Shown here in pieces: positions 1 through 10,520 of a stretch of DNA of 64,000 nt. This stretch comes from Desulfobulbus sp. (lineage in GTDB: Bacteria > Desulfobacterota > Desulfobulbia > Desulfobulbales > Desulfobulbaceae): the NCBI GenBank assembly GCA_050255935.1, contig JBFWIP010000002.1, positions 4,636 through 68,635 of the forward strand. Reading direction: 5' to 3'. The notes beneath the pieces were generated by a model, which saw nothing but the letters and a program-made list of their open reading frames with translations, made no database searches and was not told the DNA's origin. The number at the start of each line of letters is the position of its first letter. The first letter of the stretch is position 1. The position numbers were made by a program, and so were the translations under genes.

Positions 1-1
1 A

Positions 2-1480
2 TTCACGAAACTACCAACCTCCTTTTTGCCTGAAGAAGATCAGGGCGTGTTTTTGACCATGGTCCAGTTGCCCACCGGTGCAACGCTCTCCCGAACGCAG
101 GACGTCCTGAAGCGGGTTCGCGATCATTATTTGGTCGATGATAAAGAAAACGTGAAATCTGCTTTTACCGTAGCGGGTTTTAGTTTTGCCGGTACCGGTC
201 AGAATATGGGTATGGTCTTTGCGCAGTTGCGTGACTGGAATGAACGGAAACGACCGGACCAATCGGTCTTTGCGGTTATCCGCCGAGCCATGGGCGCATT
301 TGCTGGGATCAAGGAGGCCATGGTCTTTCCATTTAACTTGCCTGCCATATCCTCGCTTGGTTCTTCCACCGGTTTTGATTTCTACCTTCAAGACCGTGCG
401 GGGCTTGGCCATGAAAAATTGATCGAGGCTCGAAATATGTTTCTCGGCCTGGCGGCAAAGAATCCCAATTTGGTGCGAGTTCGCCCCAATGGTATGGAAG
501 ATACACCGCAGTACAATGTGGATATCGATTTTGAAAAAGCCATGGCATTGGGGGTATCGGTCAGCGGGATCAATACCACCCTGTCAACTGCCTGGGGTTC
601 GAATTATGTCAATGATTTTGTGCACCAGGGAAGGGTGAAAAAGGTGTATGTGCAAGCCGATGCTCCTTATCGTATGCAGCCGGAGGATCTGGACCTCTGG
701 TATACGCGCAACAGCGGTGGCGAGATGGTTCCCTTTACCACCTTCAGCTCAGGACACTGGAGTTATGGCTCACCGCGTTTGGAACGGTTCAACGGTAATT
801 CAGCGGTGGAAATCGTGGGTGAAGCCGCACCAGGGAAATCCAGTGGTGATGCAATGAAAATCGTTGGCGAATTGGTGGCACAGCTGCCTGCGGGAATCGG
901 GTATGAGTGGACCGGCGCCTCCTTTCAGGAACAGAAGGCAGGTGCTCAGGCACCGGCGCTCTATGCTATTTCGATCCTGGTGGTCTTTCTCTGTTTAGCG
1001 GCACTTTATGAGAGCTGGTCGGTTCCGTTTTCAGTTATTCTCGCCATCCCGCTCGGTGTTCTGGGAGCATTGGCCGCTGCATACTTTCGTGGAATGGAAA
1101 ATGATGTTTATTTCCAGGTCGGTTTGTTGACCACCATCGGTTTGTCCGCCAAAAATGCTATCCTCATCGTTGAGTTTGCCAAACGCCGCTATGATAAAGG
1201 GAAGGACTTGGTCGAGGCCACGGTGAGTGCCTGTCGCCGCAGATTGCGGCCCATCCTCATGACCTCCATGGCATTCATGCTCGGTGTTTTGCCCCTTGCG
1301 ATCAGTACTGGCGCCGGTGCCAACAGCCGCCACGCCATCGGTACGGGTGTACTTGGTGGTATGCTTTCAGCCACCGTTCTGGCCATTGTCTTTATCCCGC
1401 TCTTTTTCGTTCTGGTGTTGCGGATTTTTAAAACCAAAAGGGCGTTGGTGGAAAACACCGCACCAAAATCGGAGGTATGA
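2..1480 (+). CDS. acrB: RND efflux permease, AcrB/MexB (HAE1) family; 5'-truncated by the window edge
   Basis: Open frame from nt 2 ([15 protein letters not shown]). Motifs [26 protein letters not shown] and C-terminal TM helices. Confidence 0.93.
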   Translation, partial: FTKLPTSFLPEEDQGVFLTMVQLPTGATLSRTQDVLKRVRDHYLVDDKENVKSAFTVAGFSFAGTGQNMGMVFAQLRDWNERKRPDQSVFAVIRRAMGAFAGIKEAMVFPFNLPAISSLGSSTGFDFYLQDRAGLGHEKLIEARNMFLGLAAKNPNLVRVRPNGMEDTPQYNVDIDFEKAMALGVSVSGINTTLSTAWGSNYVNDFVHQGRVKKVYVQADAPYRMQPEDLDLWYTRNSGGEMVPFTTFSSGHWSYGSPRLERFNGNSAVEIVGEAAPGKSSGDAMKIVGELVAQLPAGIGYEWTGASFQEQKAGAQAPALYAISILVVFLCLAALYESWSVPFSVILAIPLGVLGALAAAYFRGMENDVYFQVGLLTTIGLSAKNAILIVEFAKRRYDKGKDLVEATVSACRRRLRPILMTSMAFMLGVLPLAISTGAGANSRHAIGTGVLGGMLSATVLAIVFIPLFFVLVLRIFKTKRALVENTAPKSEV

Positions 1481-1481
1481 G

Positions 1482-2942
1482 ATGTTTACCTCAGCATCCA
1501 AACATATAGCGGCCACCGCACTACTTACCCTTTTGGGCGGTTGTGCCCTGGCACCGGAGTACACCCGGCCTGAAATGCCCGTTGCCTCGCAACTGCCGGC
1601 TATTTCCAACCTTGCAACAAAATCAGGCCAAGCCCCAACCACCCCAGTGGTTGGGGCTGAGCTTGGCTGGCGGAATTTTTTTGTCGACCCGCAACTGCAG
1701 ACCATTATAAAAAATGCGCTTATCAACAATCGGGACCTGCGGGTTTCCGCACTCAATATTGCCAGCTATCAGGCACAATACCGAATTCAGCGTTCAGCTC
1801 TTTTCCCAGAAATAAATGCCACCGGTTTCGGCACCAAGCAACGGACCTACAGCGGCGGAAACAATGCGACCCTTGAATACTACTCGGCATCTGTGGGTAT
1901 TTCTTCCTATGAACTTGATTTTTTCGGCCGTGTACGCAGTCTGAAAGACCAGGCACTGGAGCAGTATTTGGCCATGGAGGAAACCCATCGTAGCGCCCAA
2001 ATCAGTCTGGTTGCCGAGGTCGCGGGTGCCTACCTGACTTGGTTGACCGATAAAGAGCTGCTGGTAATCACTGAAGATACCAAGCAAACGGAGGAGGAAT
2101 CCTATCAATTGGTCCAACAACGGGCCAACGAAGGCATGGCAACACAATTGGAGTTGGCCCAATCGCGGACCAGCTTAGAGACCGCCAAGGCCAATTTAGC
2201 CATGTATCAGCGCCAATTGGCCCTGGACATCAACAACCTGACCTTGCTCACCGGTTCATCGCTGCCAAGCCTTGGGCGCGTCAGCAAAAAAATTGATGAC
2301 CAAATGGCGTTGGCCGCACCGCCGGATCGTCTGTCTTCAACTATTCTGCTGCAACGACCGGATATTCAAGCGGCTGAACACACGCTCAAAGGTGCTAACG
2401 CTCAGATCGGTGCCGCCCGTGCCGCTTTTTTCCCCAGTATCAGCCTTACGGCCAGTGCCGGTAAGATGAGTGGTGATCTTTCTCATCTTTTTGATGGTAA
2501 CTCAGGAGCTTGGCTCTTTACCCCCAGCGTCAGCCTGCCTATCTTTACTGCCGGTCGTCTGCAAGCAGAACTGGATGTGGCCAAAATCAGCAAAGATATT
2601 TCCGTTGCCAATTATGAATTAGCCATACAAACAGCCTTCCGTGAGGTGGCCGATTCCCTTGTCGCCAGAGAAACCTATGACCGCCAACTGATGGCGCAAA
2701 AGGCAAATCTGGCGGCAAACCAGGAGTATTACTCGCTTGCCAAGATACGTTATCAGCAAGGTCTGGATAGCTTCTTAACCTTGCTCGATGCTCAGCGTTC
2801 CCTCTATACTGCCCGCCAGCGATGTCTCATCCTGCAACTGGCCCAGTTGCTCAATCGGATCAATTTGTACAAGGTTTTGGGCGGAGGCTGGAAGGAACGG
2901 ACCCAGGATGTTGATGCGAACACTCAAACAGTTGGAGGGTGA
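1482..2942 (+). CDS. oprM: Outer-membrane efflux lipoprotein, OprM/NodT family
   Basis: Start reassigned to ATG 1482 after a GGAGG SD. Lipobox LLGGC; motifs YELDFFGRVR, RPDIQAAE, LYKVLGGGW. Confidence 0.92.
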   Translation: MFTSASKHIAATALLTLLGGCALAPEYTRPEMPVASQLPAISNLATKSGQAPTTPVVGAELGWRNFFVDPQLQTIIKNALINNRDLRVSALNIASYQAQYRIQRSALFPEINATGFGTKQRTYSGGNNATLEYYSASVGISSYELDFFGRVRSLKDQALEQYLAMEETHRSAQISLVAEVAGAYLTWLTDKELLVITEDTKQTEEESYQLVQQRANEGMATQLELAQSRTSLETAKANLAMYQRQLALDINNLTLLTGSSLPSLGRVSKKIDDQMALAAPPDRLSSTILLQRPDIQAAEHTLKGANAQIGAARAAFFPSISLTASAGKMSGDLSHLFDGNSGAWLFTPSVSLPIFTAGRLQAELDVAKISKDISVANYELAIQTAFREVADSLVARETYDRQLMAQKANLAANQEYYSLAKIRYQQGLDSFLTLLDAQRSLYTARQRCLILQLAQLLNRINLYKVLGGGWKERTQDVDANTQTVGG

Positions 2943-2944
2943 GC

Positions 2945-3583
2945 ATGGCGCGAAGAACCAAAGAAGAAGCCTTGGAAACGCGTAAGAACATCATTGATGC
3001 TGCGGTTCGCGTTATTGCCCAACATGGGGTTGCCAATGCTTCCCTGACCGATATTGCCACAGAGGCAGGGGTCACGCGGGGGGCGATCTATTGGCACTTT
3101 GCCAACAAGGCCGATTTACTGAATTCTCTTTGGGAACAGGTGCAGGAGTTTTACGCCCCATTGACCGAAGCCAGTGAACGCATGGATGAGCCGGATCCGC
3201 TCGGTAAACTCGAAGAGCTCTATCTTTCCTTTTTTGCAGGCATGGAAGATGATCCGTTGCAACAGCAGCTTTTCCGTATTCTTTTTGATGAGGGAGATCG
3301 CAGCAAGGATACCGAGACCATCCGGCAACAGCATCATCATCTTCGCCGGGAACGATACCAGGGGTTGCAGCTTGTTCTTGGCAATGCGATCAGGCGTGGT
3401 CAGATTCCCTCCGGATTTGATGTGCAACTGGGTACTGTCACTATTTTTTCCATGATCCATGGGCTTATTGCCAACTGGGTGATGAATCCGGAAATGGTGG
3501 ACATTAAAAAATACGGTCCGATGGTGGTCAAAATGATCTTTCAGATGTTTCGTTCACAAGCCCCACTCGAGCAATCGGTTTGA
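2945..3583 (+). CDS. acrR: TetR/AcrR-family transcriptional repressor
   Basis: MARRTKEEALETRKNII...IATEAGVTRGAIYWHF HTH. GGAGG SD before ATG 2945; GTG 2939 is an alternative start. Confidence 0.9.
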   Translation: MARRTKEEALETRKNIIDAAVRVIAQHGVANASLTDIATEAGVTRGAIYWHFANKADLLNSLWEQVQEFYAPLTEASERMDEPDPLGKLEELYLSFFAGMEDDPLQQQLFRILFDEGDRSKDTETIRQQHHHLRRERYQGLQLVLGNAIRRGQIPSGFDVQLGTVTIFSMIHGLIANWVMNPEMVDIKKYGPMVVKMIFQMFRSQAPLEQSV

Positions 3584-3604
3584 ACTTGGTACAAGATATC
3601 CTAT

Positions 3605-3643
3605 ACTCCAGGCAGTGATTACCTGCCTGGAGTCGTATTTTTT
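3605..3643 (+). terminator. Rho-independent terminator
   Basis: ACTCCAGGCAG-tgattac-CTGCCTGGAGT perfect 11-bp stem, then a T-run, just after the TetR stop. Confidence 0.8.
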
Positions 3644-3965
3644 CAGCAAATCACATTCCCTTTCCCCTTTTGATACGCTACTCTGTCGTTAGGGTCGCGG
3701 AAAAAAAATATCCAATTCTGTTTGTCTTTCGGCCCAGCTACGGCGTTGCTTTAGCTGATGAATATGCCTGATATTCACCAGTTAAAGCGCCTTGTGTTTG
3801 AACCGAAATCTGGCGCATTATTCGAATATTTTTTTCATTCCCCGACCCTTAAACGCATGTTGCCTCCATTCATCCTGCGAGAAAACGGTTTCCGCAATTT
3901 CAGAGGAGAAGAGAGGCTGCGCTTCTCTTACGCCTTTACCCCATGGGCTCATTACCTTGGAGGTT

Positions 3966-5111
3966 ATGGAAATAATGTCCGGTCAAGAACCTCATCCGTC
4001 AGGGATAACCGTTTGTCAGGAAACATCCACCGCCTCGGATATAAAGACTGTGGCCGGGGAGCTTTTCAACCAATGCGGCGAGCCTGATCCTAGCCTGACC
4101 CTGGTTTATTTTGCCGAGACCTACGATCACGAGCAGCTTTGTCACTGGCTGGATCTGCTTCCAGGTCCGGTGGTCGGCTGTTCTTCAGCCGGCCAGTTGA
4201 CACCTCTTGGTTTCCAATCCACCGGTATCAGTGGGTTGCGCCTCTTCAGTGCTCATTTTCAGGCTATTTCTTACCTGATTCATCCGCTGGAAAATCTTGT
4301 AGAACAGGTCGAAGTGATTGCGGCTGATGTCCAGGACCGGTTGCATTTTTCCAAAAAGCAGGCTTTTGGGATGTTGTTGGTCGATGGTTTGGCTGGCCGC
4401 GAAGAAGCCTTGAGTGCCTTACTTTATCGTGCCCTGGGCGATGTCCCCATTGTTGGTGGTTCGGCTGGGGACATGCTCCGTTTTGAGAAAACCTATGTTT
4501 ATCATAAAGGGAGGTTACTGCGAAACGCAGCCGTCTTTACCCTGTGTATGACCTCCTTGCCTTTTGTCGTGTTCAAGCATCAGCATTTTAAAGCCACCGA
4601 AAAACGATTGGTAATCACCGAAGCTGAACCGGAGATGCGATTGGTGCGTGAAATTAATGGTGAGGTGGCCGTCAAAGCTTATGCAGATCTGATCGGAGTT
4701 CCGGCAACGGCGTTGAACGCCTCGGTCTTTTCCCGTTATCCACTGATGTTGCGTATTGGCCAAGACTATTTCGTCCGCGCCATTTCCGGGGTCGAAGAAG
4801 ACGGGAGTCTCAAATTTTTTTGCGCCATCGACAAAGGTCTGGTGCTGACCATTGGTGAAGGGCAATCGGCAGTGGCGGCACTTACACAGACTTTCGACGA
4901 GGTTCGGGAGGAGATCGGCGAGCCGGTGATTATTCTTGGCTGTGACTGCATTCTCAGGCGTCTGGAGATGGAAGAACGGGGAATTGACGGCGATATCGGC
5001 CGGTTGATGGCTCAAAACCGGGTCTTTGGATTTAATACCTACGGCGAGCAGTACAATTCATTGCATGTGAACCAGACCTTTACCGGCGTGGCTCTGGGAG
5101 GGAAACTATGA
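3966..5111 (+). CDS. FIST-domain sensory protein (NosP-like)
   Basis: Motifs GCSSAGQL, VGGSAGD, LGCDCILRRLE, GFNTYGEQYNSLHVNQTFTG. GGAGG SD before ATG 3966; the ORF-track start at 3792 is probably too long. Confidence 0.88.
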   Translation: MEIMSGQEPHPSGITVCQETSTASDIKTVAGELFNQCGEPDPSLTLVYFAETYDHEQLCHWLDLLPGPVVGCSSAGQLTPLGFQSTGISGLRLFSAHFQAISYLIHPLENLVEQVEVIAADVQDRLHFSKKQAFGMLLVDGLAGREEALSALLYRALGDVPIVGGSAGDMLRFEKTYVYHKGRLLRNAAVFTLCMTSLPFVVFKHQHFKATEKRLVITEAEPEMRLVREINGEVAVKAYADLIGVPATALNASVFSRYPLMLRIGQDYFVRAISGVEEDGSLKFFCAIDKGLVLTIGEGQSAVAALTQTFDEVREEIGEPVIILGCDCILRRLEMEERGIDGDIGRLMAQNRVFGFNTYGEQYNSLHVNQTFTGVALGGKL

Positions 5112-6211
5112 ATACCCAAGATGCTTATCTGGCTAACTTGCAAGCCAAACTCATGGCTCAGGCAAAGACCATCCAGGTCTTGATGGATGCGGTGGAGCAA
5201 CAGTATGCCGGGGACGGCTCATCAATGGAATTGCTCACCCAAAACCTTGCCCTTGAAAAAGTGGTGCAGCGAAAAACGGAACATTTGCGCCAGCAGGGGG
5301 ACACCCTGCAAGAGGCACTTAAGGAGTTGCAGCTTACCCAGTCACAGCTGATTCAGGCCAATAAGCTGGAATCAGTCGGACAACTAGCTGCCGGCATTGC
5401 CCACGAGATTAATACCCCAACCCAATTCATCGGTTCCAATGTGGATTTTCTCGGGGAATCTTTCGAAGGGATGCAGCGGTTGATCCACCTGCTGATTCGG
5501 CAGTTGAACCATACCGAAGGCGAAACCATATCCCTTAGTAAAAACGTAGTGACGGGATTACTGATGGAGGTCGACTGGGAATATCTTGAAGAGGAGGTCC
5601 CATCGGCCATTAAACAAACCAAGGAAGGGGTCAAACGGATTGCTTCCATTGTCCAGGCGATGAAAGAATTCTCCCATCCAAGCAGCAAGGAAAAAGTAAA
5701 AAACGATATCAATAAACTCATTGAGACGACGGTCATCGTCACCACCAATGAGTGGAAATACGTTGCCGATGTACATACAGATTTTGCTTCCGACCTCCCG
5801 CTGGTTTCCAGTCTGGCCGATGAGCTGGGTCAGGTTATTCTCAATATTCTTGTCAATGCCGTCCATGCCATTGAAGCAAAACTGAAGGCTACCGGAGGCA
5901 AGGATAAGGGGGTGATCACCATTGCTACCCAGCAGATCGGGGAGCAGGTGGAGGTTCGCATCAGCGATACCGGAACCGGTATCCCCAAGGAAATCCTCAG
6001 CCGGATTTTTGATCCATTTTTCACCACCAAGACCGTGGGAAAGGGGACCGGCCAGGGGCTGGCCATTGCCCATGATGTGGTGAGTAAAAAGCACGGCGGC
6101 ATTCTCACTGTGGAAAGTGTCGCCGGTGAAGGTGCCACTTTTATACTGCAACTCCCCATTGAAAAGGCCCCGGGGATGGATCGTGAAAGCTGTTTTCTGC
6201 CGGAGCAATAA
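5108..6211 (+). CDS. Cytoplasmic histidine kinase without its own sensor domain
   Basis: H-box AAGIAHEINTP, N-box NILVNA, G1 DTGTG, F-box FDPFFTTK, G2 GTGQGL. Only a coiled coil N-terminally. ATGA overlap with the FIST gene. Confidence 0.92.
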   Translation: MNTQDAYLANLQAKLMAQAKTIQVLMDAVEQQYAGDGSSMELLTQNLALEKVVQRKTEHLRQQGDTLQEALKELQLTQSQLIQANKLESVGQLAAGIAHEINTPTQFIGSNVDFLGESFEGMQRLIHLLIRQLNHTEGETISLSKNVVTGLLMEVDWEYLEEEVPSAIKQTKEGVKRIASIVQAMKEFSHPSSKEKVKNDINKLIETTVIVTTNEWKYVADVHTDFASDLPLVSSLADELGQVILNILVNAVHAIEAKLKATGGKDKGVITIATQQIGEQVEVRISDTGTGIPKEILSRIFDPFFTTKTVGKGTGQGLAIAHDVVSKKHGGILTVESVAGEGATFILQLPIEKAPGMDRESCFLPEQ

Positions 6212-6234
6212 ATCTTTCCGATATCCGTCGTGTC

Positions 6235-9200
6235 TCAGAGAGGCCGGGTCGTAATTGCCCGGCCTTTGTTGTTATTCAGCCATTGTTGGAGTTGTTCCAT
6301 ATAGAGATAAAAAACCGGGGTCACATAAAGGGTCAGGCTCTGGGAAAAGAGCAGGCCTCCGACCACGGCAAGTCCAAGCGGCTGTCGCGATTCTGCTCCC
6401 GCACCATAGCCCAAAGCAATGGGGATGCCGGCCATCAGGGCCGACATGGTGGTCATCATGATCGGGCGGAAACGAATTACGCAGGCCTGATGGATGGCTG
6501 TTGCCGGATCTTTCCCTTCTGCCTGGGCCGCTATGGCAAAGTCGATCATCATGATGCCGTTTTTTTTCACCAGTCCAATCAGCATGATAATGCCGACAAA
6601 GGCATAGACCGAAAGCTCCACCTTAAAAATCAGCAGGGTAATCAGGGCGCCGAACCCGGCAAAGGGCAGGGCGGTGAGGATGGTCAGCGGATGGATAAAG
6701 CTCTCATAGAGGATGCCGAGCACAATATAGATAACCACAATCGCCACCGCCACGAGCCAGCCCATGCTTGCCTGGGAATCTTGAAACTGTTGGGCATTCC
6801 CCTGGAAAGAGGCGGAGACTCCGGCGGGGATCTCGATATCGGCCTGTTGCTGCACCTCGCCGAGCACTTGGCTGAGGGCAAAACCGGGCTTGATGTTAAA
6901 GGAAATGGTCACCGAGGGGAGCTGGCCGGAATGGTTGATGGAAAGCGGGCCCAAACGTTCCTGCAGACTGGCAACGGTGGAGAGGGGGACCAGCGGCCCA
7001 TGGCTTGAACGGATATGGAGCAGATCAAGGGAGCCCGCATCGATTTGGAACCGTTTTTCAAACTCGACAATAACACTGTACTGATCATTGGCGGCAAAGA
7101 TGGTGGAAACGTCACGGTTGCCGTAGGCGCTGTAGAGCGTATTTTCAATTTGCTCCGGGGGGATTCCTAATAAAAGGGCCCGATCACGGTCAATATCCAC
7201 ATAGAGTTCGGGGTTCTCCATTTGCAAATCACTGGAAACATCGACCAGGCCAGGGATATCGAGCATGACCTGCTCCATCTTTCGCGAGACGGCGTACAGT
7301 TGCTCGGTGTCGGCTCCCCCCAAGGTGAGCTGGTACAGGCTGCGTGAGCGGCGGCCACCAATGGTGACTGGCAAAGGGTTCACCAGCATGGCCCGAATAC
7401 CGGGTATAGAGTTGAGCTTGGGCCGCAGTTCTTCGATAACTTCATCGGCGCTCAGTTTTCGTTCAGCGCGCGGCTTGAGGACGATGATCAGTCGACCATC
7501 GGAGTTGGTGCTGACCATGAATCGATCAATGTTGGCATCTTTTCTGGTTATATCCGCGAGTTCTTGCATGTGATCGACCAGGTTTGCCCAGGATATGCCC
7601 TGGTTGGTCTTGATGGAGGCGATGATGAATGCCCGGTCTTCTGCAGGAATGAATCCTTTGGGGATAACGACAAAGAGGTAGACCGTGACGGCAAGGAGAC
7701 CAAGGGAAAGGAGCATGGTGGTGCGGCGATAGCGCAAGACCACCTGCAGGGAGCGATCATAGAGATTGACTATCCACGTATAACCGGCTTCCGTCATCTG
7801 AAACAGCCGACCATGGTTTTGATGGTGGTGTTCGCGGAGGAAGCGGCTGCAGAGCATGGGCGCCAGGGTGAGACTGATCACGCCGCTGATAAGGACCGAC
7901 ATGCCTATGGTCACGGAAAATTCACGGAAGAGCCGTCCCATTACCCCGGTGAGGAAGAGCAGGGGGATGAAAATAGCCACCAACGACAGGGTCATGGATA
8001 TGATGGTAAAGCCCACCTCACGGGCGCCGTCAAAGGCAGCCTGCATCCTGGATTTGCCCATCTCCATGTGGCGGACAATGTTCTCCAGAACCACGATCGA
8101 ATCGTCGACCACAAAGCCCACCGACAAGGTCAGCGCCATCAGCGACATGTTGTTGAGGCTGTATCCGAGCAGATACATAACCGCAAAGGTGCCGATGAGG
8201 GACATCGGCAACGAGAGACTGGGGATGATGGTGGCACTGAGGTTGCGGATAAAGAGAAAAATAACCAGCACCACCAGAATCAAAGTCAGGAGAAGGGTGA
8301 ACTGGATATCTTCCACCGAATCTTTGATCGATGTGCTGCCGTCGCGGAGCACATCGAGCCGGATTGAGGCTGGAAGCCCCTCGGTCAGTTTCGGAAGAAG
8401 CCTCTTGACCGCGTCCGCCACCTCGATAGTATTCATGCCCGGTTGCTTTTCAATGGCAAGAAAGATGGCCTGTGCCTTGGTGGTTGGGGTGTAAAACCAG
8501 GCGCCCGACTGATCATTCTCAACACTGTCGATCACCGTGGCGATCTCGGAAAGTTTTATTGGCCGGCTGTTGCGTACGGCCACGATCACATCCTGGTACT
8601 GCTGGGCGACCTTGAGCTCACCGCTGGCCTGCAGGGTTAGGTTGCGGTGCGGCCCCACCAATTGCCCCATGGGCAGATTGGCATTTTGGGCACTGATCGC
8701 CTTGGAAACTTCCGCGGGATCAAGATCAAAACCTTTGAGTTTTCCCGGGTCAAGTTGTACTCGAACCGCATATTTGCGGGATCCACGTAGGGTCACCTGG
8801 GCCACACCGTTGATCATCGAGATCCGCTGGCTCATGATCTCGCCATACTGATCGAGCAAGGAGAGCGGCAGGATCGGACTGCTGAGGGAGAGGTAGAGGA
8901 TCGGATCCACCGCCGGGTTGGTTTTGCGGAAGGACGGTGGCGAGGGCATGTCATCGGGAAGTCGGCGGGCAGAGAGGGATATTGCGGTCTGCACATCCTG
9001 CGCCGCGGCATCGATATCGCGCTCAAGCGAAAACTGGAGTGTGATCTGGGTGGAGCCGGTACTGCTCACAGAGCTCATCGAATCAATGCCGGTGATGGTG
9101 GCGAACTGCTTTTCCAGAACCGTGGCCACGGTCGAAGCCATGGTTTCCGGACTGGCACCGGGGAGATTGGCGTAAACGACGATGGTGGGAAAATCGACAT

Positions 9201-9318
9201 TGGGCAGATCGGAAACCGCCAGCTGTTTGTATCCGATCAGGCCAGCGATCAGAATACTCAACATCACGAGCACGGTCATCACCGGCCGGCGGATAAAGAG
9301 ATCGGAGACGCCGGTCAT
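6235..9318 (-). CDS. RND efflux permease, MdtB/MdtC-like
   Basis: 1027 aa. LFIRRPVMT, GFVVDDSIVVLENI, GLVKKNGIMMIDFA, RFRPIMMTT. Confidence 0.93.
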   Translation of the reverse strand: MTGVSDLFIRRPVMTVLVMLSILIAGLIGYKQLAVSDLPNVDFPTIVVYANLPGASPETMASTVATVLEKQFATITGIDSMSSVSSTGSTQITLQFSLERDIDAAAQDVQTAISLSARRLPDDMPSPPSFRKTNPAVDPILYLSLSSPILPLSLLDQYGEIMSQRISMINGVAQVTLRGSRKYAVRVQLDPGKLKGFDLDPAEVSKAISAQNANLPMGQLVGPHRNLTLQASGELKVAQQYQDVIVAVRNSRPIKLSEIATVIDSVENDQSGAWFYTPTTKAQAIFLAIEKQPGMNTIEVADAVKRLLPKLTEGLPASIRLDVLRDGSTSIKDSVEDIQFTLLLTLILVVLVIFLFIRNLSATIIPSLSLPMSLIGTFAVMYLLGYSLNNMSLMALTLSVGFVVDDSIVVLENIVRHMEMGKSRMQAAFDGAREVGFTIISMTLSLVAIFIPLLFLTGVMGRLFREFSVTIGMSVLISGVISLTLAPMLCSRFLREHHHQNHGRLFQMTEAGYTWIVNLYDRSLQVVLRYRRTTMLLSLGLLAVTVYLFVVIPKGFIPAEDRAFIIASIKTNQGISWANLVDHMQELADITRKDANIDRFMVSTNSDGRLIIVLKPRAERKLSADEVIEELRPKLNSIPGIRAMLVNPLPVTIGGRRSRSLYQLTLGGADTEQLYAVSRKMEQVMLDIPGLVDVSSDLQMENPELYVDIDRDRALLLGIPPEQIENTLYSAYGNRDVSTIFAANDQYSVIVEFEKRFQIDAGSLDLLHIRSSHGPLVPLSTVASLQERLGPLSINHSGQLPSVTISFNIKPGFALSQVLGEVQQQADIEIPAGVSASFQGNAQQFQDSQASMGWLVAVAIVVIYIVLGILYESFIHPLTILTALPFAGFGALITLLIFKVELSVYAFVGIIMLIGLVKKNGIMMIDFAIAAQAEGKDPATAIHQACVIRFRPIMMTTMSALMAGIPIALGYGAGAESRQPLGLAVVGGLLFSQSLTLYVTPVFYLYMEQLQQWLNNNKGRAITTRPL

Positions 9319-10520
9319 GGTTGTTTGGCCCTCTGGACCCCTACCGCCTGGGTGCGGTCCACGATCTTGGTGCCGTCCTCGAGGAGCATCTGGCCGTCTG
9401 TGACCACCTTTTCGCCCATTTTGAGGCCGCTTTCAATAACCGTATATTGCAGGTAGCGCATCCCCTGGGTCACTAAACGGTATTCCGCACTCTGATCCTG
9501 CCGGGCCACAAAGAGATAAGATCCCTGCTGCCCGACCTGGACAGCTTGGGTGGGCACGACCAGCGCATCGACTTTATCGGTGAGGTGGAGGCGGACATTG
9601 ATCAATTGTCCCGGCCAGAGGAGTTGGTTCCGGTTGGCAAATTCGGCCTTGAGCAGGATAACTCCGGTGGTGGGGTCAACCGTGTTGTCGATAAAAACCA
9701 GTTTGCCGCTCACCGGTTGCTGCGCCGGATTCTGCATGGCCAGGACACGAATCGGTTGCTGTTTTTGGTAGGTCATAATTTGCGGCAGGTATTGGCCCGG
9801 CAGGGTAAAGCTGACCAAGATGGGATCCGTACTTTTGATGGTGACCATGGGATTGTCGCCATTGGCTTTGATCAGGTTTCCCTGATCGCTGAGTAGTTCT
9901 CCCGCGCGTCCGGTAAAGGGCGCCTTAATCGAGCAATAACCAAGGGCAAGCTTGGCGCTTTCAACCGCAGCCAGATCCGCTTTTACCGCGGCACTCACGG
10001 TGGCGACCCGGGTTAGGGCTTGGTCGGCCATTTCCTGCGAAATTATTCCCTTGGCGGCTGCAGGCTTGTAGCGGGCCTGATCACGACGAGCATTTTCCAG
10101 ATCCGCTCTATCCTTGGCCAAAAGAGCCTCGGCCTTGGTTAGCTCGGCAGCAAAGGGGCGGGGATCAATGGTAAAAAGCAGTTCCCCGGCCTGGACTTTC
10201 CGGCCTTCCTTAAAATGGACCGTTTGCAGAACGCCCGTCACCTGGGAGCGGATTTCCACGGTGTTCAGAGCCTCCACATGCCCAGTGGCGCTCATCTCAA
10301 CCGGAATTGTCCGGGTGGTACAGAGAACCGTGCTCACCGGAACGGCAGCTCGTTTTTTCCCGCCTTTTTTTTCCTTTCCTTGGTCCGGGGAACAGGCAGT
10401 GAGTACAAGCAAGCAGAGCAGGGGGATCGCTAAACCTGCCATTGCCTTCAACGTGGGAAGGGCAACGAACGTTTGCCCCAAAAAATGAGGAGACGATGCA
10501 ATCTCGGATACTCTATTCAT
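9315..10520 (-). CDS. RND periplasmic adaptor (MFP), MdtA-like
   Basis: VEIRSQVTG, GELLFTIDPRPF, IKAPFTG, DNTVDPTTG. Lipobox-like LTAC; true start may lie further downstream. Confidence 0.9.
   Translation of the reverse strand: MNRVSEIASSPHFLGQTFVALPTLKAMAGLAIPLLCLLVLTACSPDQGKEKKGGKKRAAVPVSTVLCTTRTIPVEMSATGHVEALNTVEIRSQVTGVLQTVHFKEGRKVQAGELLFTIDPRPFAAELTKAEALLAKDRADLENARRDQARYKPAAAKGIISQEMADQALTRVATVSAAVKADLAAVESAKLALGYCSIKAPFTGRAGELLSDQGNLIKANGDNPMVTIKSTDPILVSFTLPGQYLPQIMTYQKQQPIRVLAMQNPAQQPVSGKLVFIDNTVDPTTGVILLKAEFANRNQLLWPGQLINVRLHLTDKVDALVVPTQAVQVGQQGSYLFVARQDQSAEYRLVTQGMRYLQYTVIESGLKMGEKVVTDGQMLLEDGTKIVDRTQAVGVQRAKQP

Noticed and set aside
1284-1481. N-terminal extensions given by the ORF track (also 3792, 23706, 32018, 43404, 49323, 55077, 61522)
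   Set aside because: They overlap neighbouring genes or lack an SD; downstream ATGs with an SD and family-typical N-termini fit better.
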